Below are positions 38,147-47,776 of a stretch of DNA of 64,000 nt, one piece after another (within the stretch, counting starts at the first letter, position 1; every line of letters begins with the position of its first letter). The position numbers were made by a program, and so were the translations under genes. The notes beneath the pieces are model-generated. The model made no database searches, was not told the DNA's origin, and saw nothing but the letters and a program-made list of their open reading frames with translations. Origin of the DNA: Actinomycetota bacterium (lineage in GTDB: Bacteria > Actinomycetota > Acidimicrobiia > Spongiisociales > UBA5794); assembly GCA_030123765.1 (NCBI GenBank), contig JASJXX010000001.1, positions 21,210-85,209 of the forward strand. The letters run 5' to 3'.

Positions 38147-39892
38147 TTGCCTGCAATGCAATATCAGGCTCTCTACCGCAAGTACCGGCCCCAGCGTTTC
38201 GATGAGGTCATCGGACAGGACCACGTAACAGCAACGCTTGCGCGCGAGGTCATCGAGGACAAGGTTGCCCACGCGTATCTCTTTACCGGACCACGAGGTA
38301 CGGGTAAGACGACGTCGGCCCGCCTCCTCGCCAAATCCATCAACTGCCCGAACCGGGCAGAGGATGGCGAACCGTGCAACGAGTGTGCTTCCTGTGAGGG
38401 GATCACCGCCGGTACGTCTATGGACGTCATCGAGTTGGACGCCGCATCACATAACAAAGTCGAAGACATCCGCGAAATTCGGGTGAACGTCAGCACAGTC
38501 GCCTCGGCAGATGGCGCGAAGCGGGTGTACATCCTCGATGAGGCGCACATGCTCTCACGTGCTGCGAGCAACGCCCTCCTCAAGACGCTTGAGGAACCCC
38601 CTCAGCATGTCGTATTCGTGCTCGCCACCACCGAGCCATACAAACTTCTCGACACGATCCGGTCACGAACCCAACGATTCGACTTCCATCCCATCGCGTC
38701 TGAGACGCTGATCGGCTACCTCGCAACCATCGCGGAGAACGAAGGATTCACCGTCGAGCATCAGGCGCTCGGCACGATCGCGAGTCACGCGGGTGGATCG
38801 GTCCGCGACGCGCTGAGCCTCCTCGAACAGGTAGCTGCACTCGGCCGGGGGGAGGTCTCGAGTTCCGGCGTGTACCGGACCCTCGGGATCGCCGACCAGG
38901 AGAGCTACGGACAGTTGCTTGACCTCATTGCAGCAGGCGACGCGGCAGGGGGGATCACCCTCATCGCGGAGCTCGCTGCACAGGGGACCGACCTCCGGCG
39001 TTTCGTCGGCGACGCAATCGCATATCTGCGGGGTGTCTTCCTTGCTCAGTACGCGGCGAACATCGACGAGATCGTGAACGAACCAAGAGAGACGATCGAG
39101 GAGTGGCAGCGACGCGCCACAACGATCTCAAGCAGTGAGGTTCTCCGTGCGGTCGACGAACTCTCCACCGCCCTGGCACTGCTCCGGGAGGGGCGCGAGG
39201 AGCGCCTTGTCGTCGAACTCGCCATCCTTCGCCTTACACGGCCAGAGACCGTTCCGAACCTTGAATCGGTGACAGTGCGCCTCGACCGTCTCGAGCGGCA
39301 GGTACACGACATGGCGCGAAGCACCGTTGCACCGAAGCCGTCTGAACCCGCGCGCACGACCCCACAACAGAAGGACCAGGAGCCGGACCGCCCCTTCACC
39401 GAGAACGTCACCGAAGTGCCCGACGACAACGATGATGCACGGGCGACGGATGACCCGCCGCCGACCGCCGATGACAGAGAGCCGCAAGCCACCTTCACGC
39501 TCTCGGACTTCGAACAGGCGTGGCCCGCAATTGTGGCACGGATCCGCCAGGATATCGGACCCCGTAGGCACGCTCTGCTCAAGGAAGCGCGTCCTGCGGC
39601 AGTCGAGCGCGGTGTGGTCATGTTTGAGGTCGCTGCACACATGCACTTCCACCTCGAGCAGCTCAAGGCGGACGCGGAGATCTCCGAAGCGATCGCCGCC
39701 GCGGGGATGGACAGCCTCGGTCAGACTGTGACTGTCTCGTTCCGCTCGGCAGACGCTCAACCTGCCCTGGCTGTCGACGTCGTGGACCGCGCACCCGACA
39801 AGGACGATCTCGCAATTGCGAGCGACGGCGGGTCCGATGATCCCGAGAAGACTGTGCTCGACATTCTCGGTGGAGAGATCGTAGGCGACTGA
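38147..39892 (+). CDS. dnaX: DNA polymerase III subunits gamma/tau
   Basis: YRPQRFDEVIGQ...GPRGTGKTT..., a C4 zinc module, then a low-complexity tau linker. Confidence 0.9.
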   Translation: MPAMQYQALYRKYRPQRFDEVIGQDHVTATLAREVIEDKVAHAYLFTGPRGTGKTTSARLLAKSINCPNRAEDGEPCNECASCEGITAGTSMDVIELDAASHNKVEDIREIRVNVSTVASADGAKRVYILDEAHMLSRAASNALLKTLEEPPQHVVFVLATTEPYKLLDTIRSRTQRFDFHPIASETLIGYLATIAENEGFTVEHQALGTIASHAGGSVRDALSLLEQVAALGRGEVSSSGVYRTLGIADQESYGQLLDLIAAGDAAGGITLIAELAAQGTDLRRFVGDAIAYLRGVFLAQYAANIDEIVNEPRETIEEWQRRATTISSSEVLRAVDELSTALALLREGREERLVVELAILRLTRPETVPNLESVTVRLDRLERQVHDMARSTVAPKPSEPARTTPQQKDQEPDRPFTENVTEVPDDNDDARATDDPPPTADDREPQATFTLSDFEQAWPAIVARIRQDIGPRRHALLKEARPAAVERGVVMFEVAAHMHFHLEQLKADAEISEAIAAAGMDSLGQTVTVSFRSADAQPALAVDVVDRAPDKDDLAIASDGGSDDPEKTVLDILGGEIVGD

Positions 39893-40068
39893 AGTATGCG
39901 GCTCGGAATCGACCTTGACGGCGTCGTCGCCGTGCTACTCATCGACGCGATGTCCGGTGCCGTGCGACGAAGGATCATCACCGGTCAGCCTTCGCGGAGC
40001 CTGATCGCCAGGTGGATGACGGCGATCACCGGTATCCATCGTCGTCCACGTCTCGCAACGAAGGAATC

Positions 40069-41070
40069 ATGAGTGAATTCGTGCTCCGCACCCGCGAAAT
40101 TGCGGAGGAGCGCGAGGCACTAAACCTGGCGCCTGGGGCGACGATGTCATCCGCAACACGGGGCAGGGCTGTCCCCGAGGACCTGGATCCGTGGTGGACA
40201 CCCTTCGAGCGCGATCGCGACCGAATCTTGCACTCTAAGGCTTTCAGGCGCCTCAAGCACAAGACCCAGGTGTTCATGAACCCCGAAGGCGACCACTTCG
40301 TCACCCGGATGACGCACACGCTCCAGGTGACCCAGATCGGCGGAGCCATCGCCACGGCGCTCTCCCTGAACGTGACCCTCACCGAGGCTGTCTGCCTCGG
40401 ACACGACGTGGGCCACTCTCCTTTCGGACACACAGGAGAAGATGCCCTCTCAGAATTTGTTGACGGGGAGTGGCTGCACTCGGACCAGTCCGTTCGCATC
40501 TTTGAAGTACTCGAGCCGCTGAACTTGACACATGAGGTTCTTGAAGGGATCAGGACGCACCCATGGAGGGTCAAGCAGCAAGCGACCACCCCTGAGGGTC
40601 GCATCGTGCGGTTCGCCGACCGCATCGCCTACCTCGCCCACGACGCGCTCGACGCACTGCGCGCAGAGATCCTCGTGCCTTCGATGTTCCCTGACTCGGT
40701 GATGCGGGCGTTCGGCGAGCCGGGGAGGGAGTGGGTGTCGACGATGGTCCAGTCGGTGATCGATGAGTCGCATCGTAAGGATGCGATCGCGATGGAACCG
40801 GCAACTCTCGAGGCGATGCACACGCTTCGGACCTTCATGTTCGCGGCCGTGTACCTGCGTCCTTCAGCAGAGTCACAACGCCGACGGGCACAACAGATCG
40901 TCCGCGACCTGGTGACGTACTACCTCGAGCATCTCGACGAACTACCCGAGAGTTACCGCCACGACACGGCAGACGGCCTCACCCAGGTGATCGACTACGT
41001 CGCGGGGATGACGGACAGGTACGCGATCCGCAGCCACGACGAACTTTTCAGGCCGAGGCTCTTCTCGTAA
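40069..41070 (+). CDS. dGTPase-like HD-domain triphosphohydrolase
   Basis: HSKAFRRLKHKTQVF...HTLQV..., HD motif GHDVGHSPFGH. Confidence 0.85.
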   Translation: MSEFVLRTREIAEEREALNLAPGATMSSATRGRAVPEDLDPWWTPFERDRDRILHSKAFRRLKHKTQVFMNPEGDHFVTRMTHTLQVTQIGGAIATALSLNVTLTEAVCLGHDVGHSPFGHTGEDALSEFVDGEWLHSDQSVRIFEVLEPLNLTHEVLEGIRTHPWRVKQQATTPEGRIVRFADRIAYLAHDALDALRAEILVPSMFPDSVMRAFGEPGREWVSTMVQSVIDESHRKDAIAMEPATLEAMHTLRTFMFAAVYLRPSAESQRRRAQQIVRDLVTYYLEHLDELPESYRHDTADGLTQVIDYVAGMTDRYAIRSHDELFRPRLFS

Positions 41071-41153
41071 GGCCTCCGCGGTTCCGTATAGAGAGGGGCG
41101 CCGTGCCCCCCGGAGTCCGTCCGGCGGGTGCTCTGACGACTCCTCTCGATATC

Positions 41154-41175
41154 CACTATAGTGATAGTGTTATCA
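41154..41175. promoter_or_regulatory. AT-rich Fur-family-like palindrome (CACTAT-AGTG-ATAGTG overlapping TGATAGT|GTTATCA) upstream of the Fe3+ transporter operon
   Basis: Read directly. Its half-sites resemble Fur/PerR-type GATAAT/ATTATC elements. It sits in an AT-rich island about 40 bp upstream of the substrate-binding-protein gene. Confidence 0.35.
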
Positions 41176-41212
41176 GGTCACCCTTACTAAAATCCGAAGG
41201 CTTGCCTACTTA

Positions 41213-42292
41213 ATGTGGAGGTCAGATATCTTGTCCGTTCGCGCCGCTATCCCGATCCGCTCCGCCCTCCTGCTCGTCGGAGCAGCGCTTCTCTTCACCG
41301 CTTGCGGTGGCTCAGCCGACACCCCGCCCGGAGAAGCAGAATCCACTTCTACACGCGACTCTGAACAAGTCGTGTACGTCTACTCCGGCCGCCACTACGG
41401 GCTGATGGAACCGGCGTTCATCCAGTTCACGCAGGAGACAGGCATCAAGGTGCGCTTCACCTTCGGCAAAGAAGCGGAGCTGCACGAGCGCCTCCTGGCT
41501 GAGGGACGATTCACCCCCGCCGATCTTCTCTTCACCGTCGACGCGGGAAATCTCTGGCTCGCCGCCCGGGACGGATTGCTGCAGCCGATCGAATCCGAGA
41601 TCCTCACGAGCAACATCCCGGTACACCTGCGAGACCCCGAGAACCAGTGGTTCGCTCTCTCGGTGCGCGCCCGAACCATCATGTACAGCACCGAGCGAGT
41701 TGACCCGGACGAACTCTCCACCTATGAGGACCTCGCCGACCCCAGGTGGCAGGGTCGACTCTGCCTGCGCCCTTCGACCAAGGTGTACACCCAGTCCATC
41801 GTTGCCAGCCTGATCGCTGCCCACGGCGAGACCGAGGCCGAAAGCATCGTCGCCGGATGGGTAGCGAACGAGCCCGTCTACATCGATAGCGACACTCGCA
41901 TCCTCAAGGCGCTGGAAGCCGGCGAATGCGATGTGGCCATCGCAAACACCTACTACCTGGGCCGCATCCTCAACGAGAACCCGGACTTTGCCGTCAAGCT
42001 CTTCTGGGCGAATCAGGACGACAGGGGGGTCCATGTCAACATCAGCGGAGGTGGGGTGACCACCCACGCCCGCAATGTGGAGAACGCCATTCGACTGCTG
42101 GAGTGGCTGAGCGGTCCCGGCCAGAACCTGTTCGCGGACGGAAACTTTGAGTACCCGGCCAACCCGGACATAGAGCCACACCCCCTCCTCTCCAGTTGGG
42201 GCTCTTTCAAAGAAGATTCGGTCTTCGCTAACGAGTTCGGTCGTCTCCAGGCCGACGCGCTCAGGCTGCTCGACCGCACCGGTCACGAGTAG
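41213..42292 (+). CDS. fbpA: Fe(3+) ABC transporter substrate-binding lipoprotein (FbpA/AfuA family)
   Basis: Lipobox FTAC; a type-2 periplasmic-binding-protein fold typical of ferric-binding proteins. Confidence 0.75.
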   Translation: MWRSDILSVRAAIPIRSALLLVGAALLFTACGGSADTPPGEAESTSTRDSEQVVYVYSGRHYGLMEPAFIQFTQETGIKVRFTFGKEAELHERLLAEGRFTPADLLFTVDAGNLWLAARDGLLQPIESEILTSNIPVHLRDPENQWFALSVRARTIMYSTERVDPDELSTYEDLADPRWQGRLCLRPSTKVYTQSIVASLIAAHGETEAESIVAGWVANEPVYIDSDTRILKALEAGECDVAIANTYYLGRILNENPDFAVKLFWANQDDRGVHVNISGGGVTTHARNVENAIRLLEWLSGPGQNLFADGNFEYPANPDIEPHPLLSSWGSFKEDSVFANEFGRLQADALRLLDRTGHE

Positions 42293-42303
42293 CGGAGGCA
42301 GCA

Positions 42304-44034
42304 ATGACCGAGACCGCTCCGCACCCCGAGTCCTCCCCCAAGCCTCTCCGACAGAGGCTCGGGGGAGGACCGGCGTTGACGCTCCTCATCGCTACGCTTT
42401 TGGCCCTGCCGCTGGGTGTCGTAGTGGTCGCGATGCTCACACCGACCGTCGACGTGTGGCAGCACATATGGGCTACCCGCCTGCCCGAGATGCTCACCAA
42501 CACCGCGATCCTGGTGCTCGGGGTGGGTACGGGGACCGCGGTGCTCGGCACGGGCCTCGCGTGGCTCGTAGTGGCATACCGGTTCCCCGGGCGGGCACTT
42601 TTCCGCTGGCTCCTCATCCTGCCACTCGCTATGCCTACCTATGTGCTGGCCTTCGTATTCATGAGTACATTCGACTTCGCTGGTCCGGTACAATCGGCTC
42701 TCAGAGCGTGGTTCGGTCCCGATGTGTGGTTCCCCGATGTGCGCTCGGGTACCGGAGTAATCATCGTCATGACCCTCGTTCTCTATCCCTACGTCTACCT
42801 CCTGGCCCGCGCCGCCTTCCACGAGCAGTCCGCTGTCACCTTCGAGGCTGCACAGACCCTGGGCGACAGTCGCCGAGCAGCGTTCTTCCGGGTAGTTCTT
42901 CCGCTGGCGCGACCATCAATCGCTGCCGGCCTCACCCTGGCCCTGATGGAAGCATTGACCGACATCGGCGCCGTGCGATTCCTCAACTTTCCCACGATCA
43001 CCGACGGCATCTTTCGCGTCTGGCTCGGGATGGGGGAACGCAACGCGGCAGTGGAACTCGCCGGCGTCCTCTTGCTCTTCGCCCTGGTCGTCATCCTCTT
43101 CGAACGCCGGATGCGCGGTCGCGCCCGGTACTACCAGGCGGGTGGCCGCGACCGCGGGATCGTCCCGGTCCAACTCTCGGGCAGGGCCGCGTGGCTCGCA
43201 ACGGGTGCGTGCACTCTCGTGCTCGGAGCCGCCTTCTTCCTCCCCGTGTCGCGACTCGTGGCATGGGTCGTGACGGAGATGGCAAAGGGGGCGCCGGGGG
43301 TCTTCGATGCGCTCTACTGGGGATTCGCACGCAACAGCCTGATGCTCTCGGGCGCAGCAACCGCGGTCGCGGTGAGCGTGGCCCTCATCCTCGCCAACGG
43401 CGTACGCTTGAGCAAGGGGCGGTCGGTCAGACTCGGAGTTCGGTTGGCGACAATGGGTTATGCGATGCCGGGTGCAGTAGTCGCCTTCGGTGTCCTGGTT
43501 CTCCTATCGAGCGTGGACCACGCCTTGAACGGCCTGTCACAACAGTTCTGGGGTGTCGATGTCGGCCTCCTGCTGACCGGAACCGCCGTCGGTCTGATCT
43601 ACGCCTATGTCGTGCGATTCATGGCCGTCGGCTACTACAGCGTGGAGGCGAGCCTGGAGAAGGTCACCCCTAGCATGGATGACGCGGCGAGGACACTGGG
43701 AGCGTCATCTTCGAGAGTGCTCCGACGCATCCACCTCCCGCTGGTTCGTGTCGGTATGTTCACCGGGGCGACGCTGCTGTTCGTCGACATGATGAAGGAG
43801 CTACCGATCACGCTACTCCTCCGCCCTTTCGGCTACGACACCCTCTCCGTCTGGGTCTGGCAGATGGCGTCAGAGTCACTGTGGGCCAGTGCCTCCCTGC
43901 CAGCCCTCACCATCGTGGTTACCGGACTGATCCCCGTCGTGCTGCTGAGCCACGTCGCTACTTCGACGCGCTCTACCAAACCTCTCCCTACCGGCACCAC
44001 AACGCAGCTGGCTGACTCCGTGGAGGCTCTCTGA
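42304..44034 (+). CDS. fbpB: Fe(3+) ABC transporter permease (duplicated transmembrane domain, 576 aa)
   Basis: Two tandem BPD_transp_1-type permease domains. Confidence 0.8.
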   Translation: MTETAPHPESSPKPLRQRLGGGPALTLLIATLLALPLGVVVVAMLTPTVDVWQHIWATRLPEMLTNTAILVLGVGTGTAVLGTGLAWLVVAYRFPGRALFRWLLILPLAMPTYVLAFVFMSTFDFAGPVQSALRAWFGPDVWFPDVRSGTGVIIVMTLVLYPYVYLLARAAFHEQSAVTFEAAQTLGDSRRAAFFRVVLPLARPSIAAGLTLALMEALTDIGAVRFLNFPTITDGIFRVWLGMGERNAAVELAGVLLLFALVVILFERRMRGRARYYQAGGRDRGIVPVQLSGRAAWLATGACTLVLGAAFFLPVSRLVAWVVTEMAKGAPGVFDALYWGFARNSLMLSGAATAVAVSVALILANGVRLSKGRSVRLGVRLATMGYAMPGAVVAFGVLVLLSSVDHALNGLSQQFWGVDVGLLLTGTAVGLIYAYVVRFMAVGYYSVEASLEKVTPSMDDAARTLGASSSRVLRRIHLPLVRVGMFTGATLLFVDMMKELPITLLLRPFGYDTLSVWVWQMASESLWASASLPALTIVVTGLIPVVLLSHVATSTRSTKPLPTGTTTQLADSVEAL

Positions 44035-45098
44035 TGGTCGACAGAGCCACAACTTCGGCGACGGCCGGTGACCCGGTCCTCTCTCTGACGGCAGTCACCA
44101 AGCGTTTCGGAGACGTAGTAGCAACCGTTGACCTCTCGCTCGATGTAGTCGCCGGAGAGGTGCTGGTGATCATAGGGCCGAGCGGCTGTGGCAAGACGAC
44201 CCTGCTGCGGCTCGTCGCCGGTGTCGAGACACCCGACGCCGGGCGGATCGAGCTCCAGGGGCGCACCGTGTACGGACCCGACGGTGTGGTGCCGCCGGAG
44301 AAACGGTCGGTGGGCCTCGTCCCCCAGGATTACGCCCTCTTCCCTCACATGACAGTGGCTGCCAACGTGGGCTTCGGACTCACACGACGCGACCGGCGGG
44401 ACCGAGCAGAGCGAGTAAGCGAAGTGCTCGAGCTCGTGCAACTGGCAGACCTCGCTGAGCGCTACCCGCACGAACTCTCCGGCGGCGAGCAGCAGCGCAT
44501 CGCCCTGGCTCGCAGCCTCGCTCCCGACCCCGCGCTCATCCTCTTCGACGAACCGTTCTCCAACCTGGACCAGGCACTGCGATCCGACGTTCGCTCAGAG
44601 ACACGACGCATCATCGAAGCTTCGGGAACGACCGCCATCTTCGTCACCCATGACCAGGAAGAGGCCTTCAGCCTGGCCCATCGGGTAGCGGTCATGCTCG
44701 ATGGAAGCATCCACCAGATCGGTGCTTCATCCGACGTGTACCTACGCCCCGCCAGTCGGCGGGTTGCGGAATTCCTCGGGGACGCGAATTTCCTACCGGG
44801 ACGAATACACAACGGGTACGTCAAGTGTGAGCTGGGAACCCTTCCCGTCCTCGCCGATTTCGACGGCCCGGCCGACGTGATGGTCCGGGCGGAGAACCTC
44901 CAGATCTCGCTGTCAGAGGGTGTCCCCGCGGAGGTGGTGAGCGGGGAGTTCTACGGCCACGATCAGGTAACCGTGGTGCGCACTTCGACCGGGAGGATGT
45001 TCAGAATACGATCCCTCGTGAACCTCGACGTGAGTCCGGGCCAGCAAGTGCGCATCAAGGTGGGTGGGGACGTCGTCGCATACCCGGCCGACAACTAA
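44034..45098 (+). CDS. fbpC: Fe(3+) ABC transporter ATP-binding protein
   Basis: Walker A GPSGCGKTT, LSGGEQQR signature and a C-terminal TOBE-like domain. Confidence 0.85.
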   Translation: MVDRATTSATAGDPVLSLTAVTKRFGDVVATVDLSLDVVAGEVLVIIGPSGCGKTTLLRLVAGVETPDAGRIELQGRTVYGPDGVVPPEKRSVGLVPQDYALFPHMTVAANVGFGLTRRDRRDRAERVSEVLELVQLADLAERYPHELSGGEQQRIALARSLAPDPALILFDEPFSNLDQALRSDVRSETRRIIEASGTTAIFVTHDQEEAFSLAHRVAVMLDGSIHQIGASSDVYLRPASRRVAEFLGDANFLPGRIHNGYVKCELGTLPVLADFDGPADVMVRAENLQISLSEGVPAEVVSGEFYGHDQVTVVRTSTGRMFRIRSLVNLDVSPGQQVRIKVGGDVVAYPADN

Positions 45099-45141
45099 CG
45101 CACCCTCCTCGCTCTCTGCTCGAGCAGGCCCAGAGCAAGGT

Positions 45142-45804
45142 TCACAGCCCGAGAGAGCTCTCGGTCCACAACGCCTCTTCCACCCTCCACTCGGGCTGCT
45201 CCCCCCATCGCTCCTCGTACACGACATCATGGACCGGAGCGCGTTCTGCGAGACCCCAACGGCCGAGCGGGTACCCGCAAGGGATCGCCGCCGCGTTCTG
45301 CCACCCCTTGTCGAGAGGAACGCCGAGCAGGTCGGCAACCTCGGTCTGCTTGAACATGCCAAGCAACGTCGTGAGGGTGGTTCCCACACCGTGGCCCCTC
45401 GCTGCGAGCATCATGCTCCACACCCCCGGAAAGATTGAAGCACCGGACGGGTCGTTGCGGTTGTAGACAAGCACGACAAGCGGTACCCGGTGGAAGTTGT
45501 CGGCGAGCCACTGTGAGGACGACAGTACCCGCAGCGTCGTCTCATCACCGCGATCGAGCGCGGCCTCCCTCGCTCCCTTGTAGAACGTCTCGTTGAGCTC
45601 CACCCACGCCTCGGCGTAGAGGACGCCGAGCTCCCTTACCGTTGACCGATCGGTGACAGTCAGCCAGCGCCAGTTCTGCGAGTTGCCACCCGATGGCGAT
45701 CGGATGGCTGCATCGAGCATCGACTGCACGACGTCAGGGGGGACGGGTTCGGAGGAGACCCGGCGCATCGCGCGCGTTGTGTACAAGGCTTCATTGAGAT
45801 CCAT
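45142..45804 (-). CDS. Nitroreductase-family protein
   Basis: LDAAIRSPSGGNSQNWRWLTV... nitroreductase-fold motifs. Confidence 0.8.
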   Translation of the reverse strand: MDLNEALYTTRAMRRVSSEPVPPDVVQSMLDAAIRSPSGGNSQNWRWLTVTDRSTVRELGVLYAEAWVELNETFYKGAREAALDRGDETTLRVLSSSQWLADNFHRVPLVVLVYNRNDPSGASIFPGVWSMMLAARGHGVGTTLTTLLGMFKQTEVADLLGVPLDKGWQNAAAIPCGYPLGRWGLAERAPVHDVVYEERWGEQPEWRVEEALWTESSLGL

Positions 45805-45813
45805 TGTGTCAAC

Positions 45814-46224
45814 CTAGCCAACAATGGCGGCAACGACGCCGAGGAGAACCAGGTTGACCGCGCTCCACGCCACACAGAAGACTCCGTAAGACCGCAGCCA
45901 CGTACGCCACATGCCGCTTCGTCGGGCAATGACGCTCCCCACGATGTACCAGATCGGCGCGCTAGTAGCTATCCCGAAGACGAGCACCGTGAATCGGGTC
46001 ACATCGATGAAGGGGAAAGAGAGAACCCACGCCGTCGGCAGAGCAATCAGGAGGAGAACCGCACCGGCAATACTCGCAGCGAAGTCCCCCATGTCTCCCC
46101 CTGACCGAAAACCGACAGAGAGCGCAGCGACTACGAGGACGAACGGGAACATCAGGCCTAGCACTCCACCTAGGCCGGGAGCCACGTTCTGGCGCCGGCG
46201 AGCGAACGACACATTCTGTCTCAC
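45814..46224 (-). CDS. Hypothetical membrane protein (136 aa, about four TM helices)
   Basis: Hydrophobicity only. Confidence 0.45.
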   Translation of the reverse strand: MRQNVSFARRRQNVAPGLGGVLGLMFPFVLVVAALSVGFRSGGDMGDFAASIAGAVLLLIALPTAWVLSFPFIDVTRFTVLVFGIATSAPIWYIVGSVIARRSGMWRTWLRSYGVFCVAWSAVNLVLLGVVAAIVG

Positions 46225-46286
46225 GGTGTGACAGGGTAGTTAGAACAGCACTGCCAGCGGCTGTAGCATCGCCCCACGGAGGTCAC

Positions 46287-46505
46287 ATGACGGATTCAAT
46301 CGACAACGGAGTGATCAAGATCATCGAGATCACGGGTGTCTCCACCACCAGCTTCGACGACGCCCTCAACCACGTCGTAGCGAAGGCTTCGGAGAGCATC
46401 AAAGGGATCACCTCACTCGAAGTCACGCGGCAGACCGCAACGGTTCGCGACGGCAAGGTTGCTCGATACGAGTTGACTGCCAAACTGTCATTCGTGGTCC
46501 GCTAG
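46287..46505 (+). CDS. Dodecin (small flavin-binding protein)
   Basis: 72 aa; IKIIEITGVSTTSFDDALNHVVAKASESIKGITSLEVTRQ...DGKVARYELTAKLSF fits the dodecin fold consensus. Confidence 0.7.
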   Translation: MTDSIDNGVIKIIEITGVSTTSFDDALNHVVAKASESIKGITSLEVTRQTATVRDGKVARYELTAKLSFVVR

Positions 46506-46588
46506 ACGTCGACCAGATCCAACCTGGTCCCGGACGACATCGCTCCCCCGGCACGGCCGTGGCAGCGGCGCTAGGGTGCTGCTATTGC

Positions 46589-47680
46589 ATGCGATATCTG
46601 CGATTCTCCCGCTCCCTGATCCCGCTGCTTCTGCTTGCACTGGTCGCAGTGGCGCCACTACCCGCGTCGGCTCAATCAAAGGGCGCAGTCAATAAGGCGA
46701 AGGCGGCCGAAGATCAGGCATTCGTCGTACTTCGAGAAGCAGACGCTGAACTCGAGGCTGGCGTCGAGAAGATGGATCGCATCGAAGGGAGGATCCACAC
46801 GCTGAATTGGCGTATGGAGAGACTCGGCACAGCCGTCACCGAGTACGGCGATAGTGTCACGAACCTGAAGGCTCGGGCACGATTTCTTCTCATCGAGGCA
46901 TACACCTCGGGCGGCCGCAATCTCGTTACTTCGGCGTTCTCCTCATCATCTATCCAGGACCTCATCACATCCCGGGCACTCTACGACGAAGCCGCAGCCC
47001 GCAATCTCAGCCATCTCGACCAGCTCGCTGCCGTCAGCAGACAGATGGAACGGCTCTCCGCTGAGCTCGCAATAAAGGAGACTGAAGTGGACCGGCTCCG
47101 TGTCGAGCACAGGGAAGTAGTCGAGTACCTCGCCGAGGTGCACGCGAGAGCATCCAAGATCCATGCGACGGCGAAGGCGAAGTATCGATCGGCGTACGCG
47201 AAGTACAGGACGGAACGTGCCAGAGCGGCGGCGGCGGCCGCGGCGAGAGCATCGGGAGCAGCGGCGGGGATACCCAACCAGACCAGGGGTGTCGTCTGCC
47301 CGGTGGCGGGGTCGAATTACTTTGGAGACTCATGGGGGGATCCAAGATCGGGGGGCAGAACGCACAAGGGCACGGATCTGATGGCCAGATACAACACCCC
47401 TCTCGTCGCAATGAACTCAGGGACGGTACGGCTCAATCGTCAGAGGCTGGGCGGGATCCAGATCTACGTATATGGGACAGACGGCATCACGTACTACTAC
47501 GCGCACCTCTCCAAGTGGGTGCACGGCATGAGGTCGGGCGATCATGTCTCGAAGGGGCAGGTCATCGGATACGTCGGCGACTCAGGGAATGCAAGAGGGG
47601 GAGCTCCACACCTCCACCTCGGAATAATCGCGGGCGGCATCCACGTGAACCCTTACCCGACCGTACGACGCGTCTGCTGA
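46589..47680 (+). CDS. Secreted coiled-coil M23 metallopeptidase (paralog of 19401-20627)
   Basis: Signal peptide and a coiled-coil, then CPVAGSNYFGDSWGDPRSGGRTHKGTDL...YYYAHL...HLHLG. Confidence 0.8.
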   Translation: MRYLRFSRSLIPLLLLALVAVAPLPASAQSKGAVNKAKAAEDQAFVVLREADAELEAGVEKMDRIEGRIHTLNWRMERLGTAVTEYGDSVTNLKARARFLLIEAYTSGGRNLVTSAFSSSSIQDLITSRALYDEAAARNLSHLDQLAAVSRQMERLSAELAIKETEVDRLRVEHREVVEYLAEVHARASKIHATAKAKYRSAYAKYRTERARAAAAAAARASGAAAGIPNQTRGVVCPVAGSNYFGDSWGDPRSGGRTHKGTDLMARYNTPLVAMNSGTVRLNRQRLGGIQIYVYGTDGITYYYAHLSKWVHGMRSGDHVSKGQVIGYVGDSGNARGGAPHLHLGIIAGGIHVNPYPTVRRVC

Positions 47681-47776
47681 CAGTCTCGTTGGACCGCTGG
47701 GACGGTCGAATCGCATCTTTGATTCATTAGCTTTATACTCATGATTCAGGTTTGACGCAGTCCTTGGGAAGGCGCT

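Noticed and set aside
41071-41212. IdeR/DtxR iron box upstream of the Fe3+ transporter
   Set aside because: The best candidate (TTATCAGGTCACCCTTACTAA) matches the 19-bp TTAGGTTAGGCTAACCTAA consensus poorly. Only the Fur-like palindrome was kept, as a low-confidence feature.
42456-43673. 405-aa Arg-rich ORF inside fbpB, and a similar 401-aa ORF at 50658-51863 inside the AI-2E transporter
   Set aside because: They are alternative-frame artefacts of GC-rich membrane-protein genes. The permease and transporter frames carry the conserved motifs.
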